Source: Raillietiella orientalis (Eukaryota). From it: a stretch of DNA of 64,000 nt. The position numbers and the translations under genes were made by a program. How positions within the stretch are numbered: position 1 is the stretch's first letter; each line of letters begins with the position of its first letter. Of the stretch, positions 11,143-23,400 are shown in pieces. Under the pieces are notes generated by a model. It saw nothing but the letters and a program-made list of their open reading frames with translations, had not been told where the DNA came from and searched no databases. The stretch spans positions 248,001 to 312,000 of the forward strand of contig JAYWIR010000076.1 of NCBI GenBank assembly GCA_036172245.1, given 5' to 3'.

Positions 11143-14100
11143 ACTTTAATCTCCTTCTGCTGTCAGGTCAGCCCGAAGCGCAAGAACACACGGACAACGA
11201 GTTGTGCGCTGCCGTGCGCACGCTCAACCCGTTGGCCGACGCGGAGGGAATATACCGCAGCGTCGACCACGTCTTCCTGGATGCCGAGCTGTGCTCACGG
11301 GTCGGCAAACGGGGGAAAGATGCGTCGACGTTGTCGGACCATTCCCGGATAATCGTGGAGGTATGCCCGCCCAACAAAGGACCCCGTCTAAAACGAGGCG
11401 GCTGCCTGGGGACTGGACGCGACTTTCAAGGGCTAAAGAACACCTTTGCTAATTCCGGAGGCGTCACCCTCCGGAATTTTGCTTATTGGGAACTCTTTAA
11501 GGCCACGGTCCGCGAGTTGTGCGTGGAGTTCCCCTTGCACCGCCTGCCCCCGAATTTGGGTTGGGGGCTCGAACCATACGGCCTATTTAGAGTTTCGACG
11601 GTACGAGAGGACCCCCAATGTCCGTCGTCTGGCAGAATATCGAGCCGGGGCCAAGCGTCAAGATTGGCAATCCGTGTCGGTCAGGCTGCTGGACGACCAG
11701 GGCCTGAAGAGCTCGGCCCCACCTGCGATCTGGCACCTTGTGCGACGGTTTTTTTCCTCCCTCTACACCAGGGCACCTTCAGAACGGGATACCTCGCGTC
11801 TCCTGCTTCCGGACAAAGCCCCGGCAATAGGGGGGGACGAAAGGAGGATGAGCCTCGAAGAGCCTTTTACTACCGGTGAAATTCTCGCCGGTATTAAAAG
11901 GCTCAAGAGGCGAAAGGCGCCAGGGGAGGACGGCATGCCCGCGGAGTTTTTTCCTTTGCGTCGCGGCAGGGCTGGCCCCCCTGGTGCTTCGGTTGACCGG
12001 GCTGATCCACGACGGAGGCGACGTTCTTGCCTCGTTTCGGTCAGCCCGATTGAGGCTCCTCCCAAAGGGAGGAGACCTGAGATCACTGAGCAGTTGACGT
12101 CCGGTGAACATTGTGAACACGGACGCCAAGCGAATTGCTGGACTGTGGGCTTCGCGTCTAGGACAGGTGTCAGACTCCATAATTAGCCCGGAGCAGACAT
12201 ACTCTGTTCGCGGGCGAAGTATGGATGCCAACCTGTTCTTCGCGAGCACATCGTTACATGTGCAACACTGCCAAAATGAATCAGGGAGCAAGATTGGCAA
12301 CCTCACTTTGGGGCCGCCAGCGGGGCTGGGAACGGATACCGGAGCTGGAAACGGGGCCCTAGCGATCGCTTTCGATCTGCAGAAGGCGTTCGACTGCGTG
12401 GACCAGGAGCTACTGTTGGAACCCTTGAGCCGCATGGGCTTCCCACCCTCCCTTCTCTCCTACCTTCGCTCCTGCTGGCGCAACGCCATTCTAAACATCA
12501 GTTTTTTGTGTTAAGAGGTTTACAACGTGCCGATGCGGCGATGCATACGGCAGGGTGATAGCCTCAGTCCCCTGCTCTTTAGCACCTACTTTGAGTTGGT
12601 GCTGAGAGCGTACAGGGTGACCTTGGCCCCCTTGCCTAGCTCGTACCCCGGCACGCCCGCTGCTGCAGCATACGCCAAAGATCTTCCGCTGATGTTGCCC
12701 ATGTCTACTTCGGCAGCCGCAGTGGAGGATTTCTTCGACCTGCTAAGCCGTGGGACTGGAATCCAGGTAAACAAGGCAAAGTCGTCGGTGGTACCGGTGG
12801 GTACGACGTGGGCTGTACGGCCTGACTGGATCCGCTTGGGGATCCTCACGGCCAGGTACCTGAATTACCTGAGTGTCCCGCTGGGTACTTCTGCCTCGCA
12901 GAAGCCTGGTCAGGTCGTCTCCAAAAGGTAGAGTTGGCAATCGGCCCGTTCCTGGAAGGCAACTTTCTTCTGCCGAAACGGGCCTCGGTGTGGAACGCTT
13001 TCGCGGATTTCATCCTTCGCCCCCGCTTTTTGTGTGCCCCGTCCTCCGTGACTTGAAGAAGAGGACAAAAGACTTGTCCGCATAGTTCTGTGGGCAGCGG
13101 GAGGCCACGTGCGCCTCTTAAGGACATATGCGCTCCGCGTCTTGACGGAGGTCTTGGCCTCCTGACGTTGGAGTGCCTGGACATACAGCTGCGATTGCGC
13201 ACCCTCGCCATCGCAGCCAAGACCTGGAACACCCCCTTGTGCGCTGCGGCCCGCATCCTCGCCAGCCATGTATCGAAGACGCAAGGACTCGCGTCTTTCC
13301 TTCTGTGCCCCGTCCGGAAGGTCAGGTGATGCGGCCTTCTCCTTGTACGCATCAAAGCTCTAGTGAGGAAAAACGGCTGGAAGATATGCAGCCCCGCAAA
13401 CTCCTCCGCCTGGCTAGAGGAATCCGTTGCAACGTGTGCCAAGCTGAACAACCCAGGAACCGAAAATTGGAACCGCCTGCGATTCGGCCTCACCGCCTGC
13501 TGCACCCTACGGAGCATTCTGGAGTGTCCCGTCAGGAGCACGTGGGCGAAGACCACCCCTTTAGCTTCGACGCTGCCCTTCCTACAAAGGGCTTTAACCA
13601 GCGGTAGGATGCCAAAGTGGCAAGTCTCCTGCCGAATTGCAGGAAAGGAAAAAATGATGAGCGGTTGTACCAAGGGAGAACTGGCAGACGCCACCATCCC
13701 TAGTGCCCTCCCGCGTGGACTTTTGAGATGGGGTGAGCTGCTCGACATCCCGACGGATCACCTGATGTGGCACTTAGTGCTCATCGGATCCAGGCTTCTT
13801 CCTCTAAAGTGGCAAGTGACGGCGCTGCTGCTGTTGCACTGGGGTCTACCCTGCAACGTGCGCCGCTTTCACTGGACGCGGGGAAGTGTAAGGCCTGAGT
13901 GTGCCAGGTGCGGGGAGCGGGAGTCGCGCCCCCACCTTATATTGAATTGTGATGCCCTCCGACCCCTTTGGGAACGGTTCGGGACGACCCTCGGGCTCTC
14001 TACGGGCAGTGCACCCAGAGGCGTTTTCTGCCTCCTCTTCGAGCTGGACGCCCTGCAGCTAGCAGCAGCCCTCGCAGTCCTGTGCTGCGTTCAAGGCATC

Positions 14101-14274
14101 GTGGCATCTTATGGCGATGCCAGCAGCGAAGATGAAGATTGGAACGAGAGGGAAGTCATCCAGCACGCAGTACGCTCCTTGCGGATAGCTGCTCGATGTC
14201 CCCATCTGGGAAATATGCGGAGAGACCTGGAGGGCTTCCTTCGACGGATGGGCCCTAATCACAGCTTCCGGTGA
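11143..14274 (+). pseudogene. A1 ORF2 3' part (EN C-half, RT, zinc finger), frameshifted
   Basis: DHVFLD, LSDH, KAPGEDG, DLQKAFD, IRQGDSLSP and CARCGERESRPHLILNC motifs across several frames. Confidence 0.88.
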
Positions 14275-14491
14275 TCCCCTCCCTGCCCTCGAAACTCTTT
14301 TTTTCTGGTTTATCTCTTTTATTTTTCTGTTTGTTTTTTCCCCTATGCCCTTTTGCTGTCGGGGAGTGCCACGCCGATCTGCGCCTTGGTGTCCCGACAG
14401 ATCGCGTGTCTAAGGCCGCAGTGGGGCCTTATACCACGAATTATAGAGAGTTTTTTCTAAATAAACGCCACGGGCGTACCCTGGTGGCAAC

Positions 14492-17040
14492 ACCAAATCC
14501 TTTCGGGGTACGGTCCATGGGGAACTGCTGGCAGAACTCTCGGACCGAGACTTTCAAATCGTATCAGTAGTCGAGCGTCTGCAGGCTGAAACCTCGCAAG
14601 AACGCGCGGAGGTGTTCCGCTGCGCCTGGCTTCGTCAGCCAGTCCCCCGTTAAACGTCACGCCTGCGAGGGGGGCCCCCTGTCGCGCGGGCGAATGACGA
14701 ATTTCACACGGGAATGATCGGAGACAGCGAACTGTAGCCTACCTCTCCTGCTTACGCAACAGCGCAGGAGATCGTCGAGGAAGACGTGGTCCACGCTGCG
14801 CTCTATCCCGGCGTCCCCGGCCAACAAGTTGGATGCGTGGCGCACATCTTGTTAACCGGGGTGGCCTCTGTATTTGCCGCACCGGATAGCAGGCGAATAC
14901 TAAAATCGCCGGCTATCAGGTGCGCGGTGCGCGCGCCTGCCTCCGATAGCCAGTCGCGCTGGAACGCACGGAAGAATGCCGTCTGTGCAACGCGCGCGTG
15001 ACCGCCGCTCGGAGCGTACACGTTCGTGACGACGAGATCGATCGAGCCGGACCACCTGAAGGTGATTTGCCCGAACCGACCTGTCTCATCCAAACGAACT
15101 TTCCTCACCGAACGTTGCAAGGCAGGCTTTAGAAGGAAAGCGACTCCGCGCGTACGGCGTTGGCCGCATCGCCACATTAGTTGACCACCTGCTATCCTCT
15201 CGATCTCACGCGCATGTTCTGCGGAGATCTTTTGGATCTCCTGCAGCAGCACAAGGTCGAAGGCTTGTAATGTGGCAGCCATGTCTCGTCTCCTGCCGTC
15301 ATCGCAAAGCCCGTTGACGTTCCAACTGGCGATGCGGATTTGACGGCAGGTGGCGAGTCCCGGCATTACTGCTGGGAACGTGATGCGGCGTCTCCCGCCT
15401 CCCAATCGGGCTGGATGCTTTCTTGCTCGTCTGCAGTGGGGGGCGCCTCGACGACACTCTTCGCTTGCATGGGCTGTCTCGACCGGGCTTGGGAGTTCAG
15501 GATTCGTGTCCATTCCTCCTACGCTCGCCGCACCTTCGTTTTCGGAAGATTCCCGCTCCTTGGAGGAAGCGATCCTCCTCGGGTTACGGATTTTCCGTCC
15601 GGTCTTCAATGGGGTTGCAGACACGGATGGTTCGTGTCCGGCCTCCGGGTCCGAGTCCGAGGTCCCGGTCCCCCTCCTTTCGGCCGGACGTCGAGCGGCC
15701 TTCTTCTCTCCAATTGCGGGTGATTGCGGAACGGCGGAGGCGAGCTCGACGGAGGCTTTCGCAAAGTCCGCGTCAACGCGGCTTTCCCCCTCGCCGCAGG
15801 CCTCGGCTGCTGTTCGCACAGCGACGGGGCTGTCGGCGTTGTTGCACAAGGCAACAGCCTGTTCGCATGTCACTTCGGAGTCTGTGAGGCGCTCCAGTGC
15901 GATCGTGCGTTTTTTCAGTCCCTGCTTTTTCGCGGGTGTCGCGGGTTTTGCAGGGACTTTATTCTTCTTTTTTGAGTTCCCTTTTTTGTAGCTGACCTTT
16001 TGCCAGTTTGGCTCTTCTCCTTCCGCCCCGGTCGCCTACGTTTCCGCAGACGGGGTGTTCGGCACGGTCTTTTCGGCTGGCTCCGGGTCAACCTGGTTTT
16101 CGGAGGTTGGCCAGGGCTTGCCAGGTTTCTTTTCATTCGCGTTCGTGCCACTCATGGCAGCAGCCAGCGCGCGCGAAGTCTTTTTCGGGCACATTTCTTT
16201 CGTGTGCCCGGTTGCCTTGCACTTGCGGCAGGTGATGTTGGGGCAATGTTTGTTCACGTGTCCCGTAGCATCACAGAACGCGCAGTATTTGGGTTTACCC
16301 AGATACCAGATGTCGACAGTATTTTCGTCGACAACCAGTTTGTGGGGAATCTTCACGTCCTTGGCAACCGTGATGCGCGCAGCAGCGAGCCCGCTTAGAA
16401 GTCCGTCATAAGTACGGAGTCTGTTGGGCTTCGCCCACAGTGCGCGCACGGTGCCGAATTTGCTGAATTCAGCCTTGACGGCACTCGGGTGCATCCATAG
16501 GGTGATTCCGCGGAGGTAAACAACTATTGAGTTGTCCACCGGGACAGGGAAGATCTGGCGGCCTTCTATCCTAACGGGGGTTCGCAGCAGACTTTGCGCC
16601 AACCCTGCTTCTTTGCAGGTCAGCTCGAAATGCTGCCCCCCGCTGCGGATGGAGAGAATCAACAGATCCTCCTTGTTGACGTTTGAACGGTGCAGCTCCT
16701 GCTCAAAGGAGCGCGCCACACGATCATCGAATACCCGGCCTACCTTAAACAGCAGGCTAGGATTGCAATTATAGGCCTTTTAGGCCTGGGCCTCGGCCAT
16801 GGCAGATGGCGCTGCGACCACGGCGCTGTAGTCCCTCGCTGGAGCGGGGGATGAAGCTTTAGGGGCTAGTGCCCTTACCTCCATGGTGACGTGTGACGCT
16901 CGACCGTGGCCCCCCCACGTTCCCTGGTAACGGGATCAGGCATTTCTGCCATCCTCCAACCACTGAATCACCGCACCACACCAATGAAAACGAAGCGAGT
17001 CAGGAGCGCGCATAGAACACGTCCGACCGACAGCACTACG
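14492..17040 (-). mobile_element. C-family LINE, 5' half (5' UTR, ORF1, endonuclease), truncated by the 3' end of A1
   Basis: CGGACGTGTT at 17016-17025. ORF1 from ATG 16952 with CAFCDATGHVNKHC / CRKCKATGHTKEMC. TAATG at 15364-15368. ORF2 has WNVNGL, LQE, TNVYAP, AGDFS, VDHVF and SDH. Confidence 0.88.
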
Positions 17041-17450
17041 TCCGCGCTGCTGGTGTTGCACTCGGGACTCCCTTGTAGCACCCGTCGGAATCACGGGACA
17101 CTGGGAGCGGTCGACCTCATTTGCAACAAGTGCGGGAGCGTGAGTCCTCCCTCACCTGTTAATGGGTTGTGTGGCTTTCTGGATGCTTTGGAACCACTTT
17201 GCCGCAGCCTTGGTATTCGTTTTCACGGAATTTCGATGCCTGTTTGGCAGTCTGCTCCTTCTTTTGTGTCACTGGTCATCAAAGTATACGGCGCAGTAAG
17301 AGCAATGCTTTCCACTCAACTGCGATGGTGCCTACTTTCTTTCGCGGGAGCCACTGTTATGTGGTGCTTTGCTGAGCTCCACCTCGGTAGCGAAGTTGTG
17401 GTTTAGCAGCCTTCGTTGTCTAAAAGAGCCTTTTAAGCGACCTTCCTGCC
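17041..17450 (+). pseudogene. Decayed A'-type ORF2 C-terminal (zinc finger) fragment; host of the C element
   Basis: Translates to SALLVLHSGLPCSTRRNH..VDLICNKCG..LPHLLMGC, matching LLLQHWGLPCNARRHH..CVRCG..PHLLVDC. End is approximate. Confidence 0.7.
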
Positions 17451-20400
17451 GCGCGAGACTTCGAGAGGAGAAGGCTGCTCCTTTTTTGCGTGTCGCTTTG
17501 CATTTTGAGAGGACTTCTGCCGCAGGTTTTCGTTCGTTTTCTTCATGACTTTTACTGCAACCCAGTTTTTCGGAGCCGCAAAGATATGCCTATTTCTGTT
17601 TCCTGGCAAATTCAGGACACTGTCCTAAATTGTATTATGACTCCTTGGAATGGCGGTATTTTCCTGAGGCATATTTACCAGACGGGGATCCTCTTCGCCG
17701 CACTACACGCACACGCGAAGCTTGCATACGATACACAGGGGAACGAACTGTGCTGTACAGATGAACCACCTGAACTGCGTATTTAATCCGGAGCCACGAA
17801 GACAGATGACGGCAATTCATCTGTTTTGCTGAGGACAGACAAGGAAATCAGTAGAACGCACGACATAATCGAAAAAGTGTGTATCGTGCCAAATTGGTAG
17901 ATCCGTTGACAGGAATTTGAGTCTCAATTTGGTAATGTCCACCAGCAATTTCCATCCATCGCGTCTGAGAAGATTTTCTAGCCACGAATGGGCAATGGGG
18001 AACAAAACCGGGGCTGCACAAGTGCAAAGCATCTTTACGTAAATAATGCCCATTACGGTCATGATGGCGAGGTCTTTCTCTTGCACGCCAATGCAGTTCA
18101 GTTCCTTGAACGACAGTTTCTCGTCGCGATCCCCAGACATGTTTCTAGTGAATTTGTGGTGCTTTTTGATCTCTAAGTACCAGTGACGATTGTTATGCAT
18201 GAAAAGAAAAGAGAAAACTAAGAAAATGCATTGCAAGTACATAAAATGAGAAAGATGATTTTGAAAAAAAACTCTTTCCTATTCCTTTGCATTTATCATA
18301 GGATCCATATTGACTTAAACTGCATGATGACTTGAAAAATTAGTCTAATCGCAGATTCCTCAATATAAGACATTTTCAAAAATCAACATCATCTTTCTCA
18401 TTTTATGTACTATGCAATCACAACGAATTTTTGACGTTTTGCGAAAGAAAACGCAACTAAACATGAAAGCGCGAAGTGACAGCCGAATCCAGGTTTGTTA
18501 TACATACAAAATTATGATTAAAACGGAATGGCATACTATTCTCCCCCTGATTTAATCAACTTTCTTTTTTACAGCAGACTGCTTGCATTCTGGAAACCCT
18601 TCAAATCTGTTTGCATGCATCTTCAGCGCTGTCCTCGAACATTCTGGCAGATCTAATGCCTTCCTGACTGCTTGCGCAAAAGCACCTCTGGCGCCCTCCA
18701 CAATGCATCCGCAAGTGTTCTTTCAGCTGAAAACTAAAATACAGTCTACTAATGTGGTCAACACCGTAAGCAGAGTGCATCAGAAATAACATTGAAGAAG
18801 CAAATCTGTTCCAATCGCAGGGTTTCAGAGAGAGCATTTGGTTTGCTCAAAGAGAATCGAACTGCGGCCGTTATGTCAGATGGACGAGTCTCTCACTGCA
18901 TGCAAGCAAATCTGCAGGAACATGCCAACAGACAGTGGTATCATGGCTAAGAACCGAGCGTTCGACAATAACATTTTGCATTTTTTCGATGCATCTCGCC
19001 ACGATCTTTGCTGCTTCCATTCAGGATACGAGACAATCGGATTCCACTTAGTATGGAAATGAATGGAATCATTATACTCGCGTTTGAAGCAGCAGCAAGG
19101 TGAACTCTGCCGCCTTTCCTGTGATGGAGCTTGGAGATGTCTGCCATTGTGGGCACAACCGTTGAAACACACGCGTGTGCTGCGGTCTCCAGAATCCTGC
19201 CAAGAGTTGTGCGAGTTCATCTTGATCGCATGGTTGTTGTCCAGAAAGAATGCGACTGCTCATCTTTTGGACTCCCTTACATTCATTTTATCTCAGTGCA
19301 AGCACCAGGAAAAACAAGAATTCATCAGAGCAAATGGTTCTTGCAAATGTATTTTGCACTTTTCTCACACATGCTTCCGTCGTGCCTCCCGTGTTGGGTT
19401 CACGTGGACTGGGTTTTTCCGTACTCATCCCGGATAGAATTTTGACAAATGACAATTTGAATGTGCAGCGCAACTCGCCATTTTAAAAGTGACTCCAAAG
19501 TGTGTGCTCTTAATACTGCTGAAGCTGTTTTTTGATACTTGGGTACAGCATTCTTCGTAGTGCTTACTCATTGCTCGTAATCATCTGTTTTCCATGCTGT
19601 GGTGACTAATTAACTATGGTTTTTTCAATGTGCCAAAGCTGGTGACCGCTGTTTGGCAACCAGCATCCGCAGACGATGACCTCTGTTCAACATGACGCTT
19701 AAATGCTCTGCACGCAGAGGAGGTGGAAAATGGAAATTCAGATCTGGTTGCTTACTGAAGAATCAAATGGTTTCCCCCAGGAACACTGCTCGAGCACAGA
19801 CAAGTGTTGCTGGTGTACCTCTATCATGACTACGTAGGAACCCAGACAGCTTGCACACTGCAGCATAGAAGATACACTGCTAGGTTGCATTAAACATGCT
19901 GATGTTCAAATACTGCGAGGTGCGTTCAGAGCTAAAACATTCACCTTGCTTTCCTTTCATGTTGAAAGAATTCAGCGTCGAGCGAATCAATCGAGATCCC
20001 GTCGCAGGCATTGAGGATTACCACGCCTTTTAGCGACGAATGGATGCTTCTACTGTAAGGGGAATACTCTGCTTCGCGACTGTTGCAATCAGCCCACCCA
20101 TGCAAAGGGAATCTCATCAGTTGATGAGAAATGGTCTGGCACCAGGATGGAAAAGAGGAGGCAAAATGGAAACTTGGCACTCCTACTTATTGTGAATGCT
20201 CCTTACTGGCGTGAGCGTGAACGTTTCACTACGTTCCAGAACTTACGAGAGGCCTACAGAGGGCGTTTTATTACTCTGTGCGAGAGAACAAATGTTGCAT
20301 GCCTGAGCGATCTCAGTATTCTGCTCGATTTGCGAAACCGTGACCGCTAGGAGCACCCACGAATTAAGTAAGAAATAAAAAGAAGCCATGTCCTTTGAAT

Positions 20401-23400
20401 TGTCGAAGGATATGGGAACAAAAGAACCGCGGTGAGATGCACTCGCATAGTACGCAACGAGCACGAATTTGACAGCATGATTGAGGGGATAAGAAGGACA
20501 GCAGCGGACAAGCTGCGATTTCTTCGCCACCCGTGATGATTTCAGCACGTTTTCCATCAGATTTCATTTCTTCTGTGTTTGTTCCTTAATGCTTCAATAT
20601 CCTTGCACGAACCTCTTCCGGCAACTTGTTTGGAGCAAACTGTTCCTTAGAGAAGTCGAGAAGAGCTTCATACTGTCATCACAGAAAAACGAAAACACCC
20701 TCTAATAACATACGCATCATTGTTTACGATGGCTTTTGAAGGATTTGTTTTTGCATTTCTTTCCGAAATTTGAAATGCAAATGCAGTGAGCGGCATATTC
20801 CAGTTTTCCATGGAGATATCTCATTTTCTTTGTTTTCTGGAGGTGAGTAGGCCACGCATCGAACCCCTTAACTTTTCTGTGCGTGCCGAATGTAAAAGTA
20901 GCTTCCCCATGCAAGGAGTGGTGTGAGCTTGCGAAAGCAAATTTCACTTCCAGCCTTTGTTCCTTCGTACATGGTTTCCGTGCCCATTTCTTCGCCCTAC
21001 AATAGGCTCTAAACTGTTCGCAGTTGCCGGCTTTTGCCAGTGGTGCGTTCGCTGCGACGGTACAGGTCGTACACTCCTTCGTTGTTGCGCTTGCACACGT
21101 TGTTCTTACATCTGCCCCTATTCGACATGCTCCAGCGGGATCTCTACGCGTTAAGGAGAACCATTTTCTTCACCTTTGGTGTCGGAAAATTCATTTTTCT
21201 CCTGCTGCTGCTTTTCTCCCGTTGCAATTATCTTATGGACGTCTCCTATGTTGTTCAATGCTTTCTCCCAACCTGACTTGAAGGCTGTCATGGGTCGTCA
21301 CCACCAGGAAGCTCTCCGTTCTTTTATGTCGCATGTCATGTTGGAAACTCGTTGAGGTTTCTTCCACACTTCAAGAGCATTCCGTTGACTTTGTTGTGGG
21401 CGAGTTTTCTCGCCAATGTTAATATTTTCTCCGCCTGCGTTCTGCCGAGAACGTCCTCCGATGTGGGAAAGTAAATCATCCGTTCTCTTCCGTAGCATGA
21501 TGAGAGAGGTGGCAGCACTTGTGAGAACAGCGTAAGGGAAGGATGGAGGAGGAAATCCCATGTGCAGGAGGAAACCACGAGTTAATCTGTATATAACCCA
21601 GAGGAGCGTTGTGCTTCTCTCAATCCGCTGCTGAATTCTGTGCCTGTTTTGGCTGATATTTCGAGAGAGAAGATGCTGTCACTTCTATTCAACATCGTAA
21701 GCAGTAGTTGGTTTTCCAATGCATGGTTTTTGTAGGATTTGAGTTTTTGTTTCGCATGCTAGACAAGTTCTGGACACTGTCTACTGAATCCTTGATTTAA
21801 GGGTAAACAGCACGTTGTGGTACGAATCGTTGGGCTTGTCAATTTGAGGGTTTCCTAGTGAGGTAGGTGGTGCTTGTATTCTCACGTCTATGAGTTCGTG
21901 GTGTTTCGAAGTTTTCCCATGATTGGTTTCTTCCGTTGCATTGCCGGTTTCTTCATTTCTGCTTCGAGAAGTCGCGACATCTGTATCATCTTGAAGCTTG
22001 TAACTGCTTTTCTTGATCCAATTCTTTTGGTATGAAGGATTCGTTGCTCTTGTTCTTTCCTCAGTTCTCCTGGATACATCTGGTTGTCTTTTCGTTTCTT
22101 TGGATTATTTTTTGCAGTTCTGCATCCGTTGATCTTAATGGCGAATGCGATGGAAGACTTGCTCTGGCAACTCACGTGTTCTGTCTCTGGAAAGAGTCTT
22201 GTTTTTTTTTTCGAAGGCTGGTACAGGAGTCATGCTCTTGTCAGTCGTTAATGCAGGTAGATCCGTCGTTTGAGGTATTTTTTTTCCGTTCTGCATGGTT
22301 GCTTTGCTTGTGTTACAAGGGTATGACTTTTGTGTAATTCTGAGAAGTTCATCTATGCTACTACTCATTTGCCTAATTGGTTGCAAATATTCACTGTAGT
22401 TGTGGTCTTTTTATGTTGCCACTGTACTTTTGTTTGGCAATGCAATGAGTACTCCTGAGTTTCTGGCGGAAGACATTAATTCTGTTGGGCTTAAAGTTTT
22501 CCCACACGTTATTGGTCTGCGTGCCCCTGTTGGAGGATGCCAATATACCTTTGACAATAGGAACGACACGTGTAAATTCTCTATCAACAGTCTTTCGAAT
22601 AATCTACGTAATGGTCTGTGCACTGCACAACTATATGTAAGTATGTTTTTCTTCGTTCAAAAATCATTGATAATTTTAGGTGAAGGGAAGTCGTCAACCT
22701 ATGGGGGCTACTTTTTTTTTGACCTTTTTCAATGGCGAGTGCGAGCTCGTTTACTCTAGTTGGAGACAGAGGTATGACGTTTTAAGTATTTATTTTACTA
22801 TAAATTCTGTTGTCTTTGAAGAGCATTATGCAAACCATCTTCTAATTGTGTTCCTTTGACTGGTGCAAACCTGTGTACTTCAACTGTATCAATTTGAGCA
22901 TTTCATTGTAATATGTATTTTGCAGATTTGCGAAAGTTGACAGAGTTTGAGTTTCTTTTTAATAGACTCACTTTTTGATCTTATATTCGTTTTGAATATG
23001 CTGAAGATTCCAGGAAATCTGTTAGAATGTTCCTTGGGTATTTGTACTTTTCTTTCTTTCGTTCCTGATCCCTATGTCATTGACAGCATGCTTTATAGCT
23101 AAGGCTTTTGATTCACAATTTTAAACTGGAGGATGGGTGCTTGATTGTAGAACTATTCGAAAATATCGGATACTAGATATTTTGATAGAGTTGATCTTTT
23201 TTTTCCTTAGACTATCCACTGGTCCAAATTCTGGAACAATACCAACCAAGGTATCTTGTACTTGGCGTTCAGGCAACTTACTGAACCTTTTCGTCACGGA
23301 GTGAGGAGTTCATATATTCCTTCTGCGTTTGCATCTGCAAATAACAAAAGAGTTTCTTTATTACATCTTGAGAATTTCTGGGTGGTTCCGTATCATATCA

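Larger units (their letters stand above)
1093..14491 (+). mobile_element. A-family LINE (copy A1), 5'-truncated and split by B1 at the GDFN motif
   Basis: 1093-1407 encodes an APE segment (RLYWRCG..GVAFFVK..TNVYG..AHLIAGDFN). The frame resumes at 11143 (FNLLLLSG..SVDHVFLD..LSDH), then RT and C-terminal finger to 14274. AATAAA at 14460 followed by a hairpin. Confidence 0.85.

Noticed and set aside
14803..15873. Natural in-frame ORF1-ORF2 fusion in family C
   Set aside because: The TAATG junction is present at 15364-15368. A frameshift in the decayed ORF1 explains the continuity.
18870..19480. Possible decayed DDE integrase on the minus strand (KREYNDSIHFHTKWNP resembles the YNxxxHSxTxxSP motif)
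   Set aside because: Only one loose motif, with no recognisable catalytic core in a consistent frame. Needs a profile search.
21880..22420. Gag-like or host ORF fragments in the AT-rich island
   Set aside because: Short, stop-riddled, and without a diagnostic motif or supported splice structure.
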